Shown piece by piece: positions 54,691-64,000 of a DNA stretch of 64,000 nucleotides; the first letter of the stretch is position 1; each line of letters begins with the position of its first letter. Location: NCBI GenBank assembly GCA_951406725.2, contig OX597818.1, positions 8,060,001 through 8,124,000 on the forward strand. The letters are read 5' to 3'. The notes under the pieces were generated by a model, which ran no database searches, was not told where the DNA came from, and worked only from the letters and a program-made list of their open reading frames with translations. Both the position numbers and the translations under genes were made by a program. The DNA comes from Octopus vulgaris. Lineage: Eukaryota.

Positions 54691-55102
54691 TGTACGATTG
54701 TATACGAAAATGTAACCACTATAGGCTGAATGAGAAAATATTAATTTCGTTTACTAGATATTTTAGAGCTTCAACAAAGATATCTCACTATTAAGAAAGA
54801 TGCTTGTAGAATGCGTTTTTACTGCTTAACATCTGGAAAGAGAATACTTACAAAGTATACAACACTAAATATATAAAACACTGAAGCAAATATTTTGAGA
54901 TATTACTGTGCATTTCTTGTGAAACGAGACATTATTTGTTTTTGTGTTCATATGTCTAACTACTGCACTATCTGTCACTGTCTGATTCATTCTCTTAGCA
55001 TCATATGCATACATAAAAACGTCGACATTGTATGTGATATAACTGGCTGCGTGTATATATATATATATCGTGTGTCGGTAAACATAGATATAACGTGTAA
55101 AT

Positions 55103-55440
55103 ACCCTCTTCAGTCATGAATGACCATGGGACTGCGCCTAGAAAGTTTCGCTCCGAGGAACAAGTCCGATCGTGGTTTTCTTTTTATGAAAGACCAGCCT
55201 TCACTCATGCATACCAGCCTTCCCGCTCAACTCCATCGATGTTATCCACGGAAAAAACAAAGACCGATACAACTTGGCACCAGTGACGTCGTAACTCATT
55301 TCTACAACTGAGTGAACTGGAGGAATGTGAATTGAAGTTTCTTGCAAAAGAACACAACTCCCAGCACAGTCCATTAATAGAACTCACTAATTCATGATTG
55401 TGAGCCCAACGCTCTAACCACTTCGCCATGCTCCTTCACA
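55103..55440 (-). mobile_element. tRNA-derived SINE (head related to 1781-2090)
   Basis: Minus strand TGGCGAAGTGGTTAGAGCGTTGGGCTCACAATCATG...TTGTGTTCTTTTGCAAGAAACTT. Confidence 0.78.
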
Positions 55441-57386
55441 AACATGCAGATACACACATATATGAGTATGTGTCCATGTATATCTTTCGTCTATGAGTCA
55501 GCATTTTTCATTTTGCGACCTCTATTGGACACTCTGGCTAATTCAATTCTTCCCTGAATTATATAAATGTAAAGTCTAATCACTATTTTTCCCTGGAAAT
55601 CTAAACATAATTTGCAGAGGTGTAGAAATATTTATCACACAAGAAGAAGTTTAAGAGAGGAGTAATGCCTAATAGATTGTTTAAATCATTCGCATTTAAT
55701 TTTTTGCACTGAGTCAGTTCTCATAGGACTACAGGTTAAAAAGTGGGCAAAAAAACTATGAAGTAAAGAGTGATCAAATCCTTGAGTTGACGCCTGATGT
55801 AATTTTGAATCATCTGATTTCTGTTACTTACGAAAACACTTGCGTATTATGTTAGGTTAAGCTTTCTCAAGATAGCTAAGGGAGAGCACCTAATTACTCA
55901 AACATCCCTCACGTGTACTGTCGCAGAAAATACTAATGGGTTTAAAATTGGTCGAAATTGAAATTGATTATACATAGTTGTTTATAATTGTGAGCGAGTT
56001 TATGTTTGTTTATGAAGTGTGTGTTGTGTGTGTGTGTGTGTGGGGGGGGTTGTGTGCATACGTGTGTGTGTGTTCATATATCTACATTTATATGAACACA
56101 CACATCTCAATGACGCTCAATGACCGGAAGATATTGGTCATTCTGAATATTATTTATATAAGCGTATTTAAGATTCCTTTAAACGTAGAAGCATGACATG
56201 ATATGCAGCAAGGTTAATTATCTGTATAAACTGCTTCATTTTTTTATCACTACTCTCTATCGTATTGTAAGATTATACATTACTATATATATATATACCC
56301 TTTTATATGTCTTCTATGCTGGCTATAAGTTCCCATTTAAATGATTTTAGCAAAGTGCAAGTCTGATGGAAAAATGCCTGAAAAATAGAGTGGCTGTTGC
56401 AATTTTCCCTATTTGAAGGAGGTCAGACCATTTTTAGTAAACAGTGTAGTATGGTATTGAGCATCATCATGATATGGTAATTTTAGAGAACCACTTCGTG
56501 GATTCTTAGGGTAATACATCCAAGAGTAAAGTTGCCAAGAATAGACTGCAGAGGCGGTTACTCGATTCGTTTTTATCATTCTTCCTGCCTTTCTCCAAAC
56601 ACTGGATGTTGTACAAGTTTTCGCTTGTGTTTAACTACTGCATGCAACGGTTATTACTGCCGTGAATAATCTATATATTACCTCCGCTGTAATCTTGAAG
56701 CGTGAAGGATTTATATATCGAGTAATTCAAAACATTGAAGTATTTTTTGATGACTTGCTGCTAATAGAAATACAGGCTAATTTTACGCACTTGCAAAATT
56801 GGCGAACGTCTCTAAATCATTGTGAATTGTCACAGAGTTAACAAGAAATTCGGTGAAAATGCCACTGCAAGGTGACTTTCAAAACTTCGTCGACTTTCCA
56901 CACTCTTTCATGTCACCGCAACAACAAAAAACAAGATGCTGCGATAATATCTTCAATCAGGCTACAGCTATTTTAAAAATCTTTTTATTGTAGATATATT
57001 CTTTGATCTATGCGTATCACATAAGTTTCTCAAACTTGATTTCAACCAGCCGAACAAATCACGAAACTGTGATATCCCACTCCGACTGTAAACCGTAACA
57101 TTCGAATTTCACAGAATAACTAAGTGGTTCCTACTTGACCTATATACATATATACAAGCATCCCATCACACACATATGTTTACGTAAGTGCATGTTCACG
57201 TAAGTGTATGTCTAATATTGTGGTTGTTAAGTGAGTTTTACGGAAGTAATACATAAAAACGTTCAGCTATGCACTCAACCTTAGACATAGAGAATACTGC
57301 AATAGTTACCACGGGAGAACCTCTGATATGGCTTTCTAGTTGAAAGAAGCACTTTTGTTTACATTGATAGGAAGAGAAAACATAGA

Positions 57387-57809
57387 CATCGCCACCGCCA
57401 GGATCACTAGATCACGTTAGTGCGACCTTTCTTGGCCTTGTCAACGGCAGAGACCTAATAGCTTGAAATAGCAACGACCACTCCGCTCGGGATATACATA
57501 GAATCACAGTGCCTGATCATGCTCTGATGTCGTAAATAACAAGTGGGCTTATTGAAAGATAAATAAATAGTGACAGAAGCCGTATTACACCATATGAGAG
57601 TGTGTTTTATGGTAACTGTTGCTGTACTGTGTGTTCTAATTCAGCATCTAATTTTATGTGGTGTTAAATATTACATTTTCGTATTGACGCTGATTCTGCG
57701 TGTGTTGCCAGCAGAGCTGTCACTGCTTGTTTCAGAGGTGAGGCGTCTGCCATTGACAAGGCCAAGAAGGCCGAAATGACGTGAGCATGTAGTCCTGGCG
57801 TTAGCGATG
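57387..57809. repeat. Imperfect ~70-bp inverted repeat with a hammerhead-like remnant
   Basis: 57387-57456 is the reverse complement of 57741-57809 (CTGCCRTTGACAAGGCCAAGAA shared). Confidence 0.78.
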
Positions 57810-58603
57810 GCAGTGATTGTCTCTCAACTGCAATGTAAACTTGGATGCTTACAAAAACACACATAAATATAAGAAAGATAAAGCATGCAACCTTGAGACA
57901 TATATTTACATAGAGCAAAATACGAGTTTACAGAAAAAAGAAAAATAATATATAATGTAAAAAATCATTATGTAATGTGAACACGGAGTTGTTTCTGGGT
58001 GTGACTTATCATTAAAAAGGAGAGAATTTCTTCGAAATTAATGTAGGTTGAAGAAAATGCATATGAAGCGCTTAAGTTTAACTTCTTAATCTTTTTTCTG
58101 TCTTAGATAAAATAAAATGAAGTTCTCGAAATTCTTAAGTTGTTTGTAACCGCGTATAGCACTATTTCATCTTTGGGATAGTTGGCGCCGCCCAACTCGC
58201 GACACAAATTACTTAAGCTAAATTCAACATTCTACGAGTATTCTAAAAATTATAGAAAATAGTTTAAAGAGACATATATGTTATTATTATTGAGTTGTTC
58301 AGTTTTCCCTAACCTCTTCCCAAATTGTTTCATGTTGTATATCACTCAAAGTGATATTTCAGGGCACAAAAATCAGTGGGAACACCTTGTACCTCGGGAA
58401 GAATCATCTCTTGATTTCCACCTTTCCTAATACCTGATTCCGTGCTGTCAATTCAGTTCTCCATCATAACATACTGTTCGATATAAGACTTCTCATGTTT
58501 TCTGCTACTCTATATATTTCCATTGTTCTTGTTATCCAGGAATGTGGTTTCATATAGTATGCATTGCGATAGTTAATCCTATCTCATTATTATTATTATT
58601 GAA

Positions 58604-58795
58604 AAGGCGACGAACTGGCAGAATCATTAGCATGCCGGGAAAATGCTTAGCGGCATTTCGTCTGCCTCTACGTTCTGAGTTCAAGTTACTTCGTGGTCGA
58701 CTTTGCCTTTTATCCTTTCGGTGTCGATAAATTAAGTACCAGTGAAACACTGAGGTCGATGTAATTGATTCATTCGCTGCCCCAAAATTTGTAAC
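58604..58795 (+). mobile_element. SINE family 2
   Basis: AAGGCGACGAACTGGCAGAATCATTAGCATGCCGGG...GGTCGACTTTGCCTTTTATCCTTTCGG. Confidence 0.86.
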
Positions 58796-59368
58796 CATTA
58801 TTATTATTTTTGTTGCTGTTGTTTTTGCACTATCCGTTCTAAATATTTAACTGTTTAATACTAGTGAAATGTAAAAGATAGGTATTTGCCACTCTTCTCT
58901 AGAAAAGGTTGGTCTAACATATTTTAAGAGTTTCCCAGCTCTCGCACCAGTGACGTCATGCACAGAAAATCTATGGATATGGTGGCTACGTAAGATTGTC
59001 CTATTGAAAGAACTTTTGAGGTTTTGCCTATTGGAGTTTGGCCTATTGAAAGAACTGCCATCACATAATGCTTTTCATTATTTAGATTTCTCATTCATTT
59101 GTAACCTTTATTTCGTGCTGCATGAAATTATATGCCTCAAATGTAACAGTATTTATGAATCGCACTTCATCCATAACAGTTCCGTTTGGATTTTTGTTGT
59201 TGATGTTGTTGTTATAGTTACTTCTGATTTCGTGGGCCTGGCTCTGCATAAGGAATTTAGAATTTATGTACAAATTCATTCGAGCATTACTGTTCGTTTT
59301 CTATGCTGAGCTTATTTTACTGTCGCCTCTATCTTTGTCTGTATGTATGTATGTATACATGCATATAC

Positions 59369-59428
<60 letters not shown>

Positions 59429-59997
59429 ATGTGTTTATATAATATATATATATATACATACATACATATATATACATACATACATACATACATATGTATA
59501 TATATATATAAGTTTGTATGTATTTATGCGTGTATCTTTATATGTAATGGTGATGTAACTGTCGATGTGCATTTGTATGTTCATTCTGTCATGAATCAGA
59601 TTAGATTTACTATCCAATTCCAGTTTGTTATTTCTTATGTTGTGTGACACATGTATGTGTATATTACTGAATGTGTAGGCAGGCAGCTTAATGCTCGCGC
59701 GTTTCTTCGCGTGTTTTGTATGTGTTGGCCATCAACTAAGAAATGCAGCAAAGAGAATTTCTATTACAATTTGATGTTTCTTGATATATTCTCTTCATTT
59801 TGGGTAGGATGTGGTGTCGGATTATTTCACGAGAGGAAAGCAAAGTAAAAGAAAATGAAACTAAGAGAGCATAACACAACGCTTTCTATTGTGTTATTGA
59901 CATAAAATTGTACATTATGAAAAGAGAAGGTAATATTTTAAGCATAAGAATTTCTTCTGCGTTTTGGTGAGAGTGTAATATATATCTTTATACGTCT

Positions 59998-60165
<168 letters not shown>

Positions 60166-60257
60166 ATATACATAAATGCATAAATACATATGTCTCTCCG
60201 TCAATTTTTCTTTGTTTTAGAAATGATTTTACGTATTTTCGTACAGTTGAAAACTAC

Positions 60258-60289
60258 GACTGTTGCTGCTGCTGCTGCTCCCACTGCTG

Positions 60290-60336
<47 letters not shown>

Positions 60337-60389
60337 GCTACTGCTACTACTACTACTACTACTGCTGCTGCTGTTGCTGCTACTACTAT

Positions 60390-60432
<43 letters not shown>

Positions 60433-60436
60433 GCTG

Positions 60437-60519
<83 letters not shown>

Positions 60520-60535
60520 GCAACTACTATTACTT
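60258..60535. repeat. (TGC)/(TAC)n microsatellite
   Basis: Direct inspection. Confidence 0.97.
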
Positions 60536-61344
60536 GTATATTTTGATATTTTCTTTGTCATGATTCTTTTTGTTTTGTTTTGACATCCTGCTTACTTTCA
60601 TGTAGTTGTATTCCTCTCGTTCTATTGTTCTCCCTTTCGATATATTTTTGTTACCTCTTTTTCTAAAAATACTTCTTTTTTCTATTTTTTCTTTTCGTGG
60701 AGTTATTTTCCACCCACGTTTCTATTCCTGAATATATGACATAGCTAAAATTTTTCGATTTTCAAGACCTTGGAAAATTTGCCTGAAACACTGATTTAAT
60801 ATTCGCTTCACGGAAACGGTGAACCATTATCAGTTGAGCAATATTATAATTTCACTCCTGTTTTGCTGAATCAGTTAGAAATCAGGTTTTATTTTAGTTA
60901 TCTTTTATTTTTACTGGAGTGATTTTGGGCGAGGTATTAATGGTGTTGCTTGTCGTAAGAAATGTTGTAAGATATTTTCATTTTTTTAAAATAGGTTTAA
61001 TGTAGAGAAATTGTTGAAATTTATAATTTTAGCTGACAATTTGAATTTATTTTCAGATTTGTTTTTATTTTATTTTCTGTTCTTTGCAATTTTGTATTAT
61101 GTATTTATATATGCATGCAAGGATAGATGTGCGTGAGCATTGTGTGAATATGGGTTAGGATGCATATGTGGGAAGGAAGGAAATATTTTCTAGGCACCGC
61201 TCACACGTGTTATGGCAAATCGACACAATTCAAGAATATCCAATCTACATACAATATCTGTCAGGAAAAACCCAGTTGATATTTTCTTGTGTGCGTACAT
61301 ACACACACACACACGCACATACACATGCACACATACACACATAC

Positions 61345-61382
<38 letters not shown>

Positions 61383-63420
61383 GTACACACACGTACACAC
61401 ATCTATGTGTATATATATCTAAGTATATGTGCATGTAGATATATATATATATATATATGTGTATGTCAACACCCATTTATAAACACACACACACGTACAT
61501 TAACGCATTTAGCGTCTGTTTAGGCATGTTCGCTATTATGTATGCAATTTTTGCAAGCATCATGAAGTTCTCATGTACAGATATTCTCGGGTCTCAACTA
61601 TTTCATATAGTAGTTTGAAATTTTTTTCGATAGATTATGATTATACAAGCAATGAGCAGAATAAGCAAATCCATCTTTAGAGATATTTAAAGTCTAAAAT
61701 CAACAAATGATAAAATTAAATCTTAGAAGTTGAAATAATCATAAATAAGTTACTTCCTTGGGAACAATGATCAGCCTTTCCTTTATTTCTACACGAACAA
61801 TTTTGGATAAGTGTTTTCTCCCTTAAATCGTGGTTGTTCGAAGTATTGTGGATAAACGTATGTAATCGGAAACTATGTAAAGTAAATTACACATAGCTTC
61901 TTTTTACCCAAATTTGCAGTCAGATGCGGAATTTGATATTTTTAAAGTCCTAATTAAATTGCTTTAAAATGAGAGGACTTAGAGATGCATGTATTTTTCC
62001 CATTATTTGTATGATCCCATATATATAGGAATGGAAATTTATATATAACTATATGTTAATTAATGAAATCGTAAAACAATTCACAGGGAATCATAATTCT
62101 ATTCACAAATTCAGCAGTTGTAAGCTAATAACATATTGAACTGTAGGTTGCTGTTAATGGCAACTTTTCTAATAGAAAACACATGCTGCACTTTGTTGCA
62201 ATGTGTAGGATTTGCAACATTCTAAGTTATAATACTTGTTTCAACACTTCCTAAGATAGTAAATCTTTACATTTCACATTCGGTTGCAGTTAGTCGCATG
62301 TAATACTACATATAGAAACGTACATATACATGTAAGCGAAGTTCACAATATTTCATAAAGTGATATAAATTTCAGTATACTGTAATAATAACATTTTACA
62401 CTAACTTACAGAATTTTTAAACATGCTACAGCTTGTAATTTACATTGATATTTACATCGTAGAGTTAACTTTACATCAAATATTTACAAGATTCTCTGAG
62501 ATATTGCAATTCGCTTGCTATTATGTCTTCAGAAATATATTAGATGCAAATTTCAAACCGAAAGTTCACTAGAGTGTTTTTGTATACATTTCAGGAGGTA
62601 ATAACAGGTATGCAGTGCTACGAGTTAATAAATCCATCTTTGTAATATTGTTAGTATTACTTAAAATGAATCAGTTACGTTATAAATAATGGACTTCGCA
62701 AATACACATACACACACACACTCATCATATCACACATACATAGAGCAAGATGCTACACAGTTAGCTATGTTAATAGCCATGACAAACATGAAAGTCATGG
62801 GGTACCGCACCTTTTCAAAATTATCTATAAGTTTCTCCCATATGGGCTTAAACAAACTGTTCGCATAACTAGATCGTGAATCTATTGCCAGTGATAATAT
62901 GCTTACTGATGTAATACAGTTTCAAATTATGTTGATAAGTCTTATGCCATCCTGTAGGTCTTTAGTTGCCATTCCAGAAACGCATAAACAGAATAATTCA
63001 AAAATGTTTAGATTAGGATAATAAGGAGGTTGTTGTGAATGAGTAATTTTGTTCAAAACTACTGAGTGATTTAAGTGATTTTTTAAAGCTTACCTAACAT
63101 TTCAGTATGCAATGTTTATGAATTGGTTTAACCTGCATTTACACATGGTATCATAACGCTATTATCTAATGACATGGGAACGTTATTATTTAGATGTAAG
63201 AAGTAGAGTACTGCATCACCATGTAACATATTTTTTGTTGAGAAGCTAATTTTCTTCACGTAACTCCTCAGCGATATTATGATGCATTGGGGTTCTGGGT
63301 GATATATATTCACTTTGAAAATGTTTGTTCCTCAAAAGTGATTATTTTATCTTTTTATGTTCTCAATTGAATATCTGTACATTATTTACATTAATGCTCC
63401 CATTAAAAGGATAACAGGTA

Positions 63421-63719
63421 TTCAGTTCTGTTCTATATTTTAGAGACGAGGAATTCTGTACATTATTTATATTATACGAATATGCATCCTCATCTTGTGT
63501 TTTGCTACCAACATGTTTCGACTCATTTACTCCCAAGCCTTCATCAGGTGTCCTGGTAGAATTTTGAACCCATCATTGGGTTTTCATTTCTAAGGTATCT
63601 TTGCTAATGCTATAATAATAATTATTATTGTTATTATTATTTATTCAAGACACTACCAGGAATTGGACTCGTAATCTTGGGGTCAGTAGCCCTCGCTCTT
63701 AACCATTACGCTATATACC
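63421..63719 (-). mobile_element. tRNA-headed SINE-like element with internal (AAT)n and a hammerhead-ribozyme-like motif
   Basis: Head TAGCGTAATGGTTAAGAGCG...GAGTCCAATTCC; downstream CTGATGA-A-GGCT...AGTC-GAAACATGTT at 63510-63547. Confidence 0.7.
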
Positions 63720-63898
63720 AGTGAAGCACTATCGATGATTCAAGAAAAACTACTGACGGACACCTATCTAAAAATGCAAATAGAGGAGACTTGATGGAAA
63801 TGCTGATCTTCTGTGTAGAATATGGGAACCGGTATTAAGGAAGGATACAAAAATACTAGGTTTATAAGCCCTCAAAATTCGCTCTATAATTGTCCACG

Positions 63899-64000
63899 GA
63901 CATATAGCGTTATGGTTAAAATCGCGGGCTACTAACTACAAGATTACGAGTTCGAGTCCAGGCAATGCCTTGAATAAATAATAATAATAACATTAATAAT
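63899..64000 (+). mobile_element. Second, divergently oriented head of the same tRNA-headed element (runs off the window)
   Basis: TAGCGTTATGGTTAAAATCGCGGGCTACTAACTACAAGATTACGAGTTCGAGTCC...TTGAATAAATAATAATAA matches the reverse complement of 63632-63717. Confidence 0.8.

Noticed and set aside
53275-54715. YI/HT/CV-rich ORFs here and at 22038-22602, 32827-33268, 59301-59650 and 61168-61523
   Set aside because: Products of (TA)n, (CA)n and (TACA)n repeats

Overview
AT-rich, microsatellite-dense eukaryotic DNA made almost entirely of transposable-element material. The SINE/LINE repertoire and simple-repeat load look like a coleoid cephalopod (Octopus-like); this is inferred from repeat style only. 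No intact host protein-coding gene is evident. Main contents: (1) about ten copies from several subfamilies of an R4/Dong-clade restriction-like-endonuclease retrotransposon, mostly in (TAA)n arrays, including a young 3.55 kb copy (46846-50405, minus strand) with one frameshift; (2) a non-coding ~555 bp element in six copies or fragments, mostly in the same (TAA)n arrays and orientation, a candidate non-autonomous partner of Dong; (3) a decayed L1/Tx1 element; (4) a full-length mariner with TIRs and TA duplication; (5) an internally deleted Helitron; (6) a processed RPS23 pseudogene; (7) at least three tRNA-derived SINE families; (8) RTE and CR1-like relics; (9) several unrelated short repeats with minimal hammerhead-ribozyme-like motifs and/or long inverted repeats resembling Penelope-like pLTRs, one of them linked to a tRNA-derived head. 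Most ORFs in the supplied track are microsatellite artefacts. Boundaries of decayed repeats are approximate.
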